Assembly (NCBI GenBank): GCA_964016885.1
Contig: CAXHJY010000995.1
Location: forward strand, 1 to 64,000
Direction of reading: 5' to 3'
Length of the DNA: 64,000 bases
Source of the DNA: Eledone cirrhosa
Taxonomy: Eukaryota
Shown: one piece after another, positions 44,079-58,201 of the stretch
Layout: every line of letters begins with the position of its first letter
Position numbering within the stretch: position 1 is the first letter of the stretch
Made by a program: the position numbers and the translations under genes
The notes under the pieces: model-generated
The model's input: the letters and a program-made list of their open reading frames with translations, nothing else
What the model was told of the DNA's origin: nothing
Database searches by the model: none

Positions 44079-44415
44079 TCATCATCATCATCATACGTCC
44101 GCTTTTTTCCCTGCTTGCAAGGGTGGGACGGGAACTGATTCTGGCTGGGTTTCAACAGCTGGATGCCCTTCCTAACACCAACCTCATTTACAGTGAGTGC
44201 TGGGTGCTTCTTTGCCGTGGCACCTCCACGACCACTTTGCAGTGGAATGATAGGGACCCCAGTCCCTATCATCTCATTTCTACAGCTTAGTAAACTGGAG
44301 CAATGTGAAATAAAGTGTCTTGCTCAAGGAAACAACACATCACCTGGTCTGCGAATTGAACTCACAACCTTTCGATTGCAAGGCCAATGCTCTAACCACT
44401 AAGCCATGTGCCTCC
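44079..44415 (-). mobile_element. SINE family A
   Basis: Reverse-complement copy of 3787-4136. Confidence 0.9.
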
Positions 44416-44682
44416 ATTATATATATGTGTGTATATATATTCATTCATTAATATAACAGATTAAAGTTTAAGCAAAGAATTGCTGCTTTCACCCTTAAGG
44501 GGATCTATTCACACACACACCTCGTATGTTTTATACCTATGGTGATGATGATGATAAATATCTGTTTGCTACTTAATTCATTGAGAATATTTTTGCTGTT
44601 CCAAGACAGAGAGAGATTACTCGGTGCAGATTCTATGAAATCTGTTGTTGCTGTCTTTATATATGTTCTGGTTGGTTGGACA

Positions 44683-45078
44683 TCATGTGGCCTAGTGGGT
44701 AGACATTTTGTTGCATGGCACCATGTGGCCTAGTGGGTAGACATTTTGTTGTATGGCACCATCTGGCCTAGTGGTTAGACATTTTGTTGCATGGCACCAT
44801 GTGACCTAGTGGGTAGACATTTTGTTGCATGGCACCATGTGGCCTAGTGGGTAGACATTTTGTTGCATGGCACCATGTGGCCTAGTGGGTAGACATTTTG
44901 TTGCATGGCACCATGTGGCCTAGTGGGTAGACGTTTTGTTGTATGGCACCATGTGGCCTAGTGGGTAGACATTTTGTTGTATGGCGCCATGTGGCCTAGT
45001 GGGTAGACATTTTGTTGCATAGCACCATGTGGCCTAGTGGGTAGATGTTTTCTTGTATGGCACCATGTGGCCTAGTGG
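44683..45078 (+). repeat. 38-bp minisatellite (~10 copies) derived from a tRNA-SINE 5' end
   Basis: Unit catgtggcctagtgggtagacattttgttgcatggcac. The last unit continues into a decayed SINE head (tggcctagtggttagg..cttgagc..acttcatttca). Confidence 0.85.
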
Positions 45079-45623
45079 TTAGGATATTAGGCACATGATC
45101 ATATGGTTGTGGGGTTGATTTCTAACTCGGATGACTCGTTCTTTCTTGAGCTACATACTTCATTTCAAAGAGTGTCGGACGCCATACTTTGCAGCATAGT
45201 CATGGCCATTACGTTTCTGAGTTCAAATCCCGCTGAATTTAACTTTGCTTTTCATCCTTAAGAGGTCAATAAAATAAAGTACCAGTAATGCACTGGAGTA
45301 TTTGCAGGCTTTGTGCCAAAGGTAGAAACAATTATTATTATTGAAGTATCTAACGACTTTAATGACTTGCATCCCTCTCACTTTTTAAAATTTTTTACTT
45401 AAAGTAAAGTTGGATTTGAAGGAGATTTGATTGTTATGTCTAGCTGGTTGAATGTCCACATAGATCCTTAGGCTAGTTTTTGTTAGCTCAGTTCAATGGT
45501 GAGATGGTCAGCCAGTCATGATTGAAGTGGCAAACATCATATATAAAAGGACCAGATATTGATTTATGGTTCAGCTTGATCAAACTGATCCAAATGTTTC
45601 AGCTGTCCATATACTATATTTAT

Positions 45624-45659
<36 letters not shown>

Positions 45660-47371
45660 CTCTTCTCATACCGGCTTTTATCATACAAAACTGCTTGTTT
45701 TAAAGTATTCATATTTTTATATCAAAACTTTCCAACATAATTTTATCTAAGATAACCTTATGTTTCAAACATCAGCTTCATAATGAAAGAATTGCCGGAT
45801 ATACTTGAATATAAGTCTACCCCACTATTTCATGTCTGAGAAATGGGCAAAACTACAAACCTTATTTATGTAGAATTTGAAGTTGGGTAAAATTGTCAAA
45901 CTATTGACCCCGAATACAAGCTGACACCCGTTCTACCATTGATTTTCTTTTCTTTTTGTTGGTGACAATATTCCTTAGCTTATATTTGAGTATATACAAT
46001 AGTTATTTTACTAAATCAATTAAAAATTGGCAGAAATATGGTAATGAAAGAGTTAAAGTCTGTCCGCAGCCAGGAATTCATCAGCCAAAGCTTATTCTTG
46101 TGTGGTGGGCAAGTGTTAAGCAACTAGATGTACAAGACTTCCCAATGGGATACCAGTCCAGTTTGTTGCAAGGTTAGCGTCAGGCCAGTCTATCCCACCC
46201 ATCTATTACTTTCTGCTGATAATCATTTATTTTCAGCTGAGTGGACTGGAGCGATATAAGAATGAAGTGAAGTGCCTTGCTCAAGGACACTAAATGAGTC
46301 TTGAACACTCTTTGCTTTTCTTATAACTTTATTGCTGAAGCAATGACAAAAGAAGTTCTCAACACATCTGAGTTCACGAGTAAGCCATTTGCAAAGTGAT
46401 GAAAGAGCTTTGGCATTTAACGAAGAAGTGTTCCACAACAAGAGTTCCATAAGGAGCAAGCGTGTATGCTCTATTGTATAAACCCGTAAGAAATACAATG
46501 GATGAAATGGAACATGCACAGTCTGATTTGTATTCCTCTAGACACATGCTGTTCGGTCCATAAATGAAACCCACAACCATACAAACCTAAATAAGTCCGT
46601 CACCCTAACCACTAGGCCACAAATCCTTCACACATTTATTAATAGGTGAGGCAGTGTTAGTGTACTAAATTAGTAATTTATACACTCAAACAACTGTTTC
46701 TTTCTTTGGCACTGTTTTGTTTTTATGTTGATTTTGTTGGTTCTTCTATTTTCTGCTGGTATTAATGGTATGTTTAACACATAGGTGGCGGTATTGTAGG
46801 TAAACGGTTGGTAGATGGGTAGGTGGAGGTATTGTAGGTAAAAGGTGGGTAGGTGGCTAGGTAGTAACTATCTAGCTAGCCATAAAAGTCACTGCTTAAA
46901 CTTAGTAGGTTGTCGAAAGTATTCTTATATTCTAGCTTATTTTCTTTTGTTTTTTTGGCTCAGGCCCAGACTGATAACAGTTGGTGTGCTGTATGTACTT
47001 AAAATATAGTCTCAAAGACAAGCTGAAGAACTTTGTGGTGGTGGTGGTGGTTGTTGTGGTGGTATTTGTGGTTATAGTGGTAGTGATTGTAGTGGTGGTG
47101 ATGGTGGTAGTGATTGTGGTGATGTTGGTGATGGTAGTGGCGGTGATGCAGTTTTGACATTTCCAATATGATATCTCAGTATCTTTACATAGACATGATA
47201 TCTCAGAGCTTGAGTTGAGTTAAATGTGTGGGGTGGGTGTAACAACACCCCCCACAACATCCCGACCACCCCACACTCGACTGAGTGAAGAAGCAGCTGA
47301 AGTGAAATGATGAAACTGTGATCAAAACCATTTATGTTCACCAGACTAATGATATTTTACACACACATACA

Positions 47372-47423
<52 letters not shown>

Positions 47424-47754
47424 GGTGGTGAAATAGGATGGGTGTTATTTTTTTATTTTTTTTATCTATCTTGTGTTTTGTTTTTGCAATATCATCATTT
47501 CATCTCCTCTCAGGTGAGGAGAGAGATATGAGTGAGCCAAAATAACCCTTTTTTATGTCGGTGGGTGGTTAGGTGGTGTAGTGTAGCATCAGTATGGCAT
47601 CTAAATACTGATGTGGTGGAGTGTGTGGCTCTGAGTCTTGAGGAGGTGGTGGTGTGGAGGAACAACCCATTCCAGAAAAAGTAGTAGTTTTCTATGATGG
47701 GAGTATAGGTTTATAATAAATCCCTTCATTAGCATCCGCCTCCTTTTATATTAT

Positions 47755-48212
47755 CTTCACCATCATCTACACCATCATCACCATCATCACCATCTACACC
47801 ATCATCACCATCATCTACATCACCATCATCTACATCACCATCTACATCATCACCATCTACATTATCACCATCTACATTATCACCATCTACATTATCACCA
47901 TCTACATTATCACCATCATCTACATCACCATCATCTACATCACCATCATCTACATGATCACCATCATCTACATGATCACCATCATCTACATGATCACCAT
48001 CATCTACATGATCACCATCATCTACATGATCACCATCATCTACATGATCACCATCATCTACATGATCACCATCATCTACATGATCACCATCATCTACATG
48101 ATCACCATCATCTACATCATCACCATCATCACCATCTACATCATCATCACCATCTACATCATCATCACCATCTACATCACCATCTACATCACCATCTACA
48201 TCACCATCATCA
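47755..48212. repeat. (CAT/CAC)-based repeat with an 18-bp unit atcaccatcatctacatg
   Basis: Directly visible. Confidence 0.9.
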
Positions 48213-48566
48213 ACCTAGTAAAGTACATATGGTATAGTTCAAGTGATTATAGGGAGGGTTGTGAGAGGAGGGGGGGGGGGGGGTCATTGATCCTCAGATC
48301 TTCTGCCAATCTCTAACTTTGTACACCTTCACTCTTACATCCTTGCAGTCACCTTGAGAAACTACTGATGATGGTAATCGTTTCCCCTTTTTTGGCACAA
48401 GACCAGAATCAGCCCCAGTGCATTACTGGTACTTTATTTTATCGACGCCTGTAAGGATGAAAGGCAAAGCTATTCTCAGTGGGATTTGAACTTGAACATA
48501 AAGGGCCGTAACTCTACACTGTAAAGTATGTTGTCTGACGCTCTACCGATAATGCCAATCCACTGC

Positions 48567-48912
48567 CATCATCATCATCATCATCATCATCATTTTATGT
48601 CCACTTTTCCCTGCTTGCAAGGGTGGGACGGGAACTGATTCTGGCTTGATTTCTACAGCTGGATGCCCTTCCTAACACCAACCTCATTTACAGTGAGTGC
48701 TGGGTGCTTTCTTGCCGTGGCACCTCCACGACCACTTTGCAGTGGAATGATAGGGACCCCAGTCGCTATCATCTCATTTCTACAGCTGAGTAAACTGGAG
48801 CAATGTGAAATAAAGTGTCTTGCTCAAGGAAACAACACATCACCCGGTCTGAGGATTGAACTCACAACCTTTCGATTGCAAGGCCAATGCTCTAACCACT
48901 AAGCCATGTGCC
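48567..48912 (-). mobile_element. SINE family A, directly after a family-B SINE (~48388-48567, - strand)
   Basis: Reverse-complement copies of 3787 and 49536. Confidence 0.9.
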
Positions 48913-49016
48913 ATCATAATAATAATAATTTTCTAATTTTGGCACAAGGCCAGCAATTACCCTTGCATTACTGGTACTTTATTTTATCGACCTCGTAAGG
49001 ATAATAATAATAATAA

Positions 49017-49362
49017 AAGGAATATATTCTCAGGCATGGTAGAGTTGGGACCTTCGTACACTGGAAGTTATGCCAGCATTATGAAATACCAACAGAAAAA
49101 AGATGGTACAAACACACACCAGAAAAAGTGTCAGAGAATGACAAAGCAACCATTCTCTGGGATAAGCCAATATGTCCAGACAGAGAACAAAGCCAACCAA
49201 CCAGATATTATAGTAAAAAAAAACCACAAAGAAAACAAATGCCTTCTAATAGATGTATTATTCCCCACAGACAATATATTTTCCAAGGAAATAGAGAAAC
49301 TCTCCAAATATATAGAGATAGAAATAATTCAAATGTGGAAAATAAAACCAGAAACGATCTAG
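49017..49362 (+). mobile_element. R4/Dong-type non-LTR retrotransposon fragment (restriction-like endonuclease)
   Basis: RHGRVGTFVHWKLCQHY..WYKHTPEKVSEND..ILWD / ANQPDIIV..CLLID..P.D...KEIEKLSKY (PD-D-K motif, frameshifted). Preceded by (TAA)n, the known Dong target. Confidence 0.85.
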
Positions 49363-49535
49363 AATACAATAAAGGGAGGAGTGCGGGACTGTCCTGAATA
49401 TATATTTTTATCCCGTTTGTAAAATAAGTTGGATTACTTTGAATAAATAATGAATGAATATTATATAATTTATAATAATATTATATAATTTATAAATAAT
49501 GAATGAATATTATATAATATTATATAATTTATAAA

Positions 49536-49726
49536 GGCGGTGGATTGGCAGTATCGGTAGAGGGTCGGACGCCATACTTTGACGCATAGAGTTACGGCCC
49601 TTGCCATTCTGAGTTCAAATCCCGCCGAGGTTAACTTTGCCTTTCATCCTTACGGGGTCGATAAAATAAAGTACCAGTAATGTACTGGGTAATTTCTGGC
49701 CTTGTGCCAATAGTAGAAACAATTAT
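49536..49726 (+). mobile_element. SINE family B, full copy (tRNA-like head, Meta-domain-like core)
   Basis: B box GTTCAAATC; core gcctttcatccttacggggtcgataaaataaagtacc; attatataatttat direct repeats at the flanks. More than 10 copies or fragments in the window. The domain name is from recall. Confidence 0.8.
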
Positions 49727-49879
49727 ATAATTTATCTACTAAATTTTGTATCACATGATTAGACATAAATAATTTCATGTATTGCTTATTTCAAGATACA
49801 CTTTTAAAAATTTAAAATTTCAACTTCCGGTATATGTAGTTAGCTGACAGATCACGGTGTTTTAGGATTTTATTCCGTT

Positions 49880-50087
49880 TGGCTGCGAACGCAGCAGCTC
49901 TCGCTCTTACTGCTGCATCTAGGATAAGGGAAGAGGCAAACAAAGTCACTAACTGTGACTTCCCAGATAAGGTACCTGCCTCTTGACCAGGGGCTCAGAG
50001 TAAGACCGTCGGGTCTTTTCCCTTCAATGCTGGACAACCGAGACGGTTCGAAAATTGAGGGGATGTTTGTCTGGGCCAAAGCTCTTA
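49880..50087 (-). mobile_element. CRE-type non-LTR retrotransposon endonuclease fragment
   Basis: EPSRL...GKRPDGLTLSPWSRGRYLIWEVTVSD matches the GKRPDG.T..PW..G..L.WD.T motif. Confidence 0.75.
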
Positions 50088-50249
50088 AGTGGTAATGGGT
50101 CAGTGTGTGTGTATGTGCGCACGCGAGTTTGTCGGCATTCTTAAATTAGCGACGTGTGTGTCACTGTTTTTAAGTTAGACATATATATGTGCGTATCCCC
50201 TTCATTCCTTTTACACACACAAACACACACATTGTGTGACGGACATATG

Positions 50250-50845
50250 GACAGAAGTCCCTCAAATTTATATTCATTTGAATGGAGTTCCACCGAAGCA
50301 GTTAGAGAAGTTCAAGTATCTTGGAGCCGTGTCCATGAGTGGTAGAAGGCAGGAGGCTGAATTAAGTGCTAGAATTGCAACAGCTGGTACAGTCATGCTT
50401 CATTATTCAGTAATCAGTAGGGAGGTAGGTGTAAAAGCCAAACTCGCTGTCTTCCTGTTATTCTTGCGAACACTTGCCTAGGGTCATGAATCTTAGGTAA
50501 TGACCGAAAGAATACGATTGTAAATACAAGCGGCCGAAATGGGGTTCCTCCGAAGGGTCTTTGGAGTAACTTTAGTTGCATAGCTCAGAGACCAGAGAGT
50601 CACTCCTGGTAGAGCCGCTACTTCTCCGAATTGAGAGATCACCACTCCGATATTATGGGCATGTGGTTAGAATGTCTTGGGAAAGAATTTTACAGGCAAA
50701 AACCAACTGGCAGGAGACCCAGAGGTAGACCCTGAGCAAGATGGTTGGATAATATCCATGAGCTTGGCTGGTCACGCTTTGGGATCTAGCTGGATCAGTT
50801 AAAGATGTTTGCTTCTGACAGACACGCTGGAAGGAGTGTTTGAGA
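50250..50845 (+). mobile_element. RTE (Rex3/Expander-like) RT C-terminal fragment
   Basis: EKFKYLG..ARI..A..AKLAVF; GHES.VMTERIR..IQAAEMGFLRRV; EPLLLRIERS.LRYYGHVVRM. Contains stop codons. Confidence 0.85.
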
Positions 50846-52062
50846 AGGATATACAGCATACAAAAGATGGCACTACTTGGCACTACACACACATACTACG
50901 AAAAGTACTATCAATACAATAGAAACATCAGCAAAAACTACACTGCAGATACCTAGGGTGCACAGAGCTGTGCTCGGTAAAGCAGTAATGATGTGCAATG
51001 GAAATAATAATTGTTTCTACTTTTGGCACAAGGCCAGCAATTATCCCAGTGTATTACTGGTGCTTTATTTTATCAAACCCCCCCCCCCCCCCCCCCCCCC
51101 GTAAGGATGAAATAATGATAACCTAAAGGTGACTTCCAAGTTATTGTTTGTCTTTCTCTCTCTACCCAAATACCCATATCAGTTTTGTTCCTGCAGTAAA
51201 CATATAATTGAAGGTGTTCCATAGTATATCTAGGACTACATCATTGAATGTGTCCTTGCTAACATATAAGACTGTACGCTGTAGTTTGAAGGTGACATAC
51301 AAATTAGGAGTAAATGTTTTTCCCTGCCAGAAAATGAGAGGAATGGGTGTAGTAACTATGTTTTACATTAATTTCGGGATTGCTGTTTTCCTACTTCATA
51401 ACTTTTTACATCAATTTACTGTTGTTTTTTGTCCCCGATGTATTTATTCATAGGTTTTGTTTTTATATTACTTTCTGGGGTTAATTTGTTGGTTTTTTTT
51501 TGTCTCATAGATTTTTCTTCATGGGTGTGTTTACATTAAGTTGAGGCTTTGACCCTTAAATACATTAAGGAGTGAGAAAAGATATCCTACAGATACCGGA
51601 CCCAAATGTTTGCAACAGTGTAGACCCCTAGTAAAAAAAATGACACTCAAGCTGTCACGTGTGGTAGTGGTGGTGTTAAACTGAACTAAGTTCAATCTCC
51701 AGGTTGGACACAACAAGATTTAAACTCAGAACCAACAAACCAAATGGTTGGAAGACATTGCTCATGGCTTCTGGTCCAATGCTCTAACAATTTTACCTTC
51801 TCCCAATTCTCCGCCCATTAGCTGATTCAAGGAATTTCTTCTGCTAGTTGGGTTTGGTTATTCAAAAAATTTGGGTCCTGCCCCCCGCCGGTTAGATGGA
51901 ATCTTGTGGAGATTTTCTTTGTTTCTCTTTATTTTCTGTTGAGTGTGTGTGTGTGCGTAAATATGTACACAGTAAAATAGTTACACAGATGAACTGGCAA
52001 CTGCATCTTTATCTCCTCAGCCACCTGCTGGCATGCAATTTCGTGCGCGCACACACTCACAC

Positions 52063-52114
<52 letters not shown>

Positions 52115-52370
52115 CACACACACACGCACACACACACGCGCACACATTCAGTTTCTGCTATCTTGACAGTACAGATTCTGAAGTGCTTCAAGCACTGAAC
52201 TAAGGCCAAACCTTAAGTGTGTGTGCCAAACAATCTGAAATTCTTCTTCCGAGATAATTCCTGGCATCTGCTTTTTATTTTATTTTTTATTTTTGTGAGA
52301 AGTTCTTCAGCCTCATATATTACCCACCTCATGGTTGCTGTCTCAGATTATTGGGATTCTATTATGGCGA

Positions 52371-52840
52371 TTAACCCTTTACCATTTACATTACTCTATA
52401 TATACTATTATATTTTCATGGTAAAGGCTTTACCTCCCATAATTATTTTCCATGGTATCGAATCTATGAGATTTTGATATTTATTTTGAGAACAATATCT
52501 TAACATCAGTATGAGCAGCTGGTTACAGCCAGTTTGAACAGAAAGACGTGAGAGAATTCTGGCCAGATACGACTGATTTAAATACTAAAGGGTTAAATAA
52601 TGGTTTCTTATATAGGCACAAGGCCAGCAATTTTGGAGGGAGGGATGGAAAAGTTGATGAAATTGATCCCAGTGCATAACTGGTACTTTATTTTATCGAC
52701 CCCGTAAGGATGAAAGGCAAAGTTAACTGCGGCGAGATTTGAACTTGGATCATAAAGGGCCGTAACTCTATGCGGCAAAGCATGGCGTCCGACCCTCTAC
52801 CGATACTGTCAATCCACCGCCCTTAAAGGGTTAAATAATG
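52371..52840. mobile_element. piggyBac-type MITE (52371-52596) followed by a family-B SINE (-) whose 17-bp TSD duplicates the MITE end
   Basis: ttaaccctttaccattt..aaatactaaagggttaa; TSD taaagggttaaataatg at 52586 and 52824. Confidence 0.8.
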
Positions 52841-52959
52841 CCACCTTAATTCCTCGCTGTTGGAAATATTTAGTCAACAACAAGCAGGGGTTACCCTTGT
52901 AGGAAAGATAGGGCTCCACGGCAAACTTTCCATTTTACCCTCTTGTCTGAATTTCCTTC

Positions 52960-53165
52960 CTCACCAACCCCTAGACTTTCATTTCCTCCTCCACCATCTT
53001 TGGACATGTCTTTCTTCCTCTACTTCTATCCACATTAATTTCCATCACTTCTATCACCCAGTTTCTTTCATCCGTCCTCAACACAAGACCCATCCATCTC
53101 ACTCCATTTCTCTTTGTAATATTCATCACTGGCTCTATTCCTCTCACCCACTTCCCTTTATTATA
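52960..53165 (-). mobile_element. Old RTE RT C-terminal fragment
   Basis: GIEPV...RNGVRWMGLVLR.DERNWV......V..SRGRKT. Confidence 0.6.
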
Positions 53166-53174
53166 GTTAAGATG

Positions 53175-54132
53175 ATATGGTAATGAAAGGGTTAATGACA
53201 TAGTGTCTTTCATTAGAAATATGGTAATGAAAGGGTTAATGACATAGACACTGTCTTTTATTAGAAATATGGTAATGAAAGGGTTAATGACATAGACACT
53301 GTCTTTCATTAGAAATATGGTAATGAAAGGTTTAATGACATAGGCAGTGTCTTTCATTAGAAATATGGTAATGAAAGGGTTAATGACATAGGCAGTGTCT
53401 TTCATTAGAAATATGGTAATGAAAGGGTTAATGACATAGGCAGTGCCTTTCATTAGAAATATGGTAATGAAAGGGTTAATGACATAGGCAGTGCCTTTCA
53501 TTAGAAATATGGTAATGAAAGGGTTAATGACATAGGCAGTGTCTTTCATTAGAAATCTGGTAATGAAAGAGTTAATAACATAGACAGTGTCTTTCATTAG
53601 AAATATGGTAATGAAAGGGTTAATGACATAGACACTGTCTTTTATTAGAAATATGGTAATGAAAGGGTTAATGACATAGGCAGTGCCTTTCATTAGAAAT
53701 ATGGTAATGAAAGGGTTAATGACATAGGCAGTGTCTTTCATTAGAAATCTGGTAATGAAAGAGTTAATAACATAGACAGTGTCTTTCATTAGAAATATTG
53801 TAATGAAAGGGTTAATGACATAGACAGTGTCTTTCATTAGAAATATGGTAATGAAAGGGTTAATGACATAGGTAGTCTGATTCATTAGAAATATGCTAAT
53901 GAAAGGGTTAATGACATAGACTGTCTTTCATTAGAAATATGGAAATGAAAGGGTTAATGACATAGACACTGTCTTTCATTAGAAATATGGTAATGCAAGG
54001 GTTAATGACATAGGTAGTGTCTTTCATTAGAAATATAGTAATGAAAGGGTTAATAACATAGACAGTGTCTTTCATTAGAAATATGGTAATGAAAGGGTTA
54101 ATGACATAGACAGTGTCTTTCATTAGAAATAT
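53175..54132. repeat. 48-bp minisatellite, ~20 copies
   Basis: Unit tggtaatgaaagggttaatgacatag(a/g)ca(c/g)tgtctttcattagaaata. Confidence 0.96.
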
Positions 54133-55303
54133 TGTCAATTCTGGAGCTAAACAAGTGTATTGCTTATATATATGCACGCATAAATACATACATATACATA
54201 TATATGTAAAAAGTTACAAGACAATAGCTGGCTTCCTTCAATAAAACTAGTATATGCATGCCTACTAATACCTCCCAGCAGGTGCTGACCTCTTTCACAC
54301 ACCTGTTAATTAAAAGACTGTAGACATTTTAGTATATTTCTATGTCTCTCTCTCTCTCTCCCCCCTCTTTCTCACATGTGTGACAACCAGCTTTACTTGA
54401 ACCTTTAGCTTTTATGAAAGGGCAAGAGACAGTTGAGATGTGCGTTAGTATCTGTGTGTGTGTGTGTTAGTATCTGTGCGTGTGTGTTATGTATACGAAT
54501 AGCGTGCTTGTAGATTTAATATAGAGACAGAACGTTGATAGGTGTATATATGTGTGTGTATGTATTTGAATACCCTTCTGGAAGTCTGTCTTGACAGTGC
54601 AGAGATAGACTCAGTTCATTGAAGTTTTTCCACTCTCCATATGTAGAATGTGAGACACGTGTGTGTGTGTGTGTGTGTGTTCTTCAAAATGGCTAAATAA
54701 ACATGACTGCTTTTTCTAAAAAAAGAATTTTCATTTCTTCCTCTTCTCTCAATTTCCGCTTTTATTTTTGATAAAGGACTTGTGACCAAAACGTTAAGAC
54801 TCTTTTCCAACAATATAAGACACTAAACTAATATAAATCGTCGTAGTACTGCATTGTTTGTTTTGTTAGGCCTCACGCTATGGCAACCTCTGTGGTATTG
54901 GTGAGCTACATGATAAACACACCCAGTACATGCTGTAAAGTGGTTGATAATAGGAAAGGCATCCAGCCATAGAAAGCTTGCCAATGAAGGGTTCGGAGGA
55001 CCCTTCACTTGTGTCAAGGACATGATGGCTTCCCTAGTGTTGGTGATCTACTTGATAAATACACCCAGTACATGCTGTAAAATGGTTGATAATTGGAAGC
55101 CGTAAAAAGCTTGCCAGACAATATGTTTGGAGGACACTTCAGTTGACACACATTTAGAGATAGTGCAAGACCTTTCCTCACTTAGAAAAACTTTCAAAGC
55201 ACAGGCATTGCTTGTTCAGGATCTGTTACAGGTTCGTGTGGCTGGCTGTAGTCTAAAAGTGCACCAAACTCTATAATCTGACAGGCAATTGCAGCCATCA
55301 TGC

Positions 55304-55343
<40 letters not shown>

Positions 55344-55344
55344 A

Positions 55345-55388
<44 letters not shown>

Positions 55389-55592
55389 GTTACACCAATT
55401 AATTTACTGTACTAATTTTACACAAGTGATGATAGGTCACAGTTGTAACATCAAAAGAGTTTTATCTCAACAGACACAAATACCAATGTGTGTGTGTGTG
55501 TGTATATGAGTATATATGTATGGCTGTTCTTGAAGTCATGACAAGGAAGTGATTAAACAATTATTGCTGCTATCTTTCTTTACATCTCTCTT

Positions 55593-55637
<45 letters not shown>

Positions 55638-55749
55638 AAGGCCTATCATATGATAAAGATCAGATATGGGAAGTGGTTCCAGGTGAAATCATCTATCTAT
55701 CACTTGAGCAATCTCTTATCAAACTATTTGCTTATTTATTTATTTCAAA

Positions 55750-55859
<110 letters not shown>

Positions 55860-56284
55860 CGCTCTCTCTCTCTCTCTCTCTCTCTACTGCACCTGGTGGA
55901 CCAAATGATCCCATAGTTGCAGCTGATTGTTAATAAGACTCTGAGCTGCTCTTTTGTGAAACCTGTTACCTCCAAGTTGACCTCGTTGGGATTTGAACTC
56001 AGAGAGCCAAAACAAATACTGCGAAGCATTCTATCTGATGTTTTAACGACTCTGCCAATTTGCCGCCTATGATTAGGAATAAAATATGTTAAACTGAAAC
56101 TTGAATGATGAGCCCGCCTTGCCATATTCTGTCATGCTGAATTTTCCTAAGAACTATGTTAAAGATATGTGTGTCTTTGCTGCTTGTATGCCAGATTCAT
56201 GAGCTGGCTGTTCCATTGTATCAACTGGAACATCCTAGCAGCTGACAGTGCCATACATGTGTGTGTGGTAGGTACAGTAATGTA

Positions 56285-56598
56285 CAGTGTACCCCCGTGG
56301 TCCCGGTTATTCCCAGAATTTTCCTCAGAACCTAACTAATAATTGTTTGTGGAAATCACCGCATATTCGCGGAATTGTAAATATCTTCTGCCATCTTTTT
56401 ATTTTTATGGCGTTTTTTTTCAGAGCAATATATATTTTTTTCACGTTTTTTAATACTAAATTATTAACAACAATAATATAGCGTATTTGCTGGCCTATAT
56501 TTAATGTTATATATTGACATAGGTATTTTTATGGACCACGTTCAATATTCACGGGTTCTCTAGGAATGTAACCCCCCATGAACACTGTGGGACAACAG
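56285..56598. mobile_element. Tigger/pogo-type MITE
   Basis: ta|cagtgtacccccg ... gggacaacag|ta; body matches 11874. Confidence 0.7.
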
Positions 56599-56692
56599 TA
56601 TTTGAGAAATTATAACAGTAGCCTTTCTCATGGTTGTTGTTCCTTAAAGATTGAAACTGTTTTATCTTTGAATAAAATATATTCTGATAATT

Positions 56693-57365
<673 letters not shown>

Positions 57366-57366
57366 T

Positions 57367-57405
<39 letters not shown>

Positions 57406-57539
57406 AAAATTTTGCTCTACATATTCGCATGCCAACACAAGAGCAAGAATGAAGTGTTTCATTCTACTGACATGGCTATAAAATTGAGGCTTGGTTGCAA
57501 AATTGCAAACGGATCGAATGTTATTATTAATATTAAAAA

Positions 57540-57576
<37 letters not shown>

Positions 57577-57604
57577 GTGTGTGTCTGTGTCCCGGGTTCA
57601 GTCG

Positions 57605-57705
57605 GGGGTAACCACAGTAAGGTACTCAATACATTAGTAGAGTGTATACAACAAATGAAACAGTTCTAGTCCTGTAGAAGCCGTTTCTTTATCAAATTTG
57701 TTTAT
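57605..57705. mobile_element. Family-3 mini-element (tail joined to an inverted body)
   Basis: ggtaaccacag..tactcaatacattagtagag + aatgaaacagttctagtcctgtagaagcc, homologous to 10280-10430. Confidence 0.6.
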
Positions 57706-58201
57706 ATATGCGCAGAATGTTCAGTAAATCTGAAGAAAACTGGTGAGAGAACCAAAGTCAGCACTCAATGCAGAGCAGTGTATATAACAACCAAGTGGAG
57801 ATGTTACATAGGAGATTTATTGTTTAATCCTGGTTACAAATGTTTCTCAAGCAGCTGGCTCGTGATCTGGGATGGTACCCCAGACCAGACTCCAAGACCG
57901 CCTGATCCTCAGACCAGTGTTAACACAACATAAATCACATCAAATCTGTGGACAAGGTGTCAAATTTTCATTACGTTTATTGAAGTGTGACACTAGTTTC
58001 ACGATTTATCAGCTCAAGGTTCAATCTGTGTTGATTGGGCCTCTGACTCTGGATTCAAAAACTCAGACTTCTGTTAGTGTAATGATGATGATATATATAA
58101 TCATCATTTTTACATTGACTTTTCTATGTTGGCAGAGGTTGGATGGGATTTTTTGAGGACATCTTTTCACCTGGAAGCACAAAATGTTCCTATAGTGTAT
58201 A

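Noticed and set aside
52971-54189. 304-aa and 93-aa hydrophobic repeat ORFs
   Set aside because: 48-bp minisatellite fused to an RTE fragment.
54765-54805. Another hammerhead-like string (ttgataaagg...ccaaaacgtta)
   Set aside because: Both core boxes are mutated and there is no stem I; too degenerate to call.
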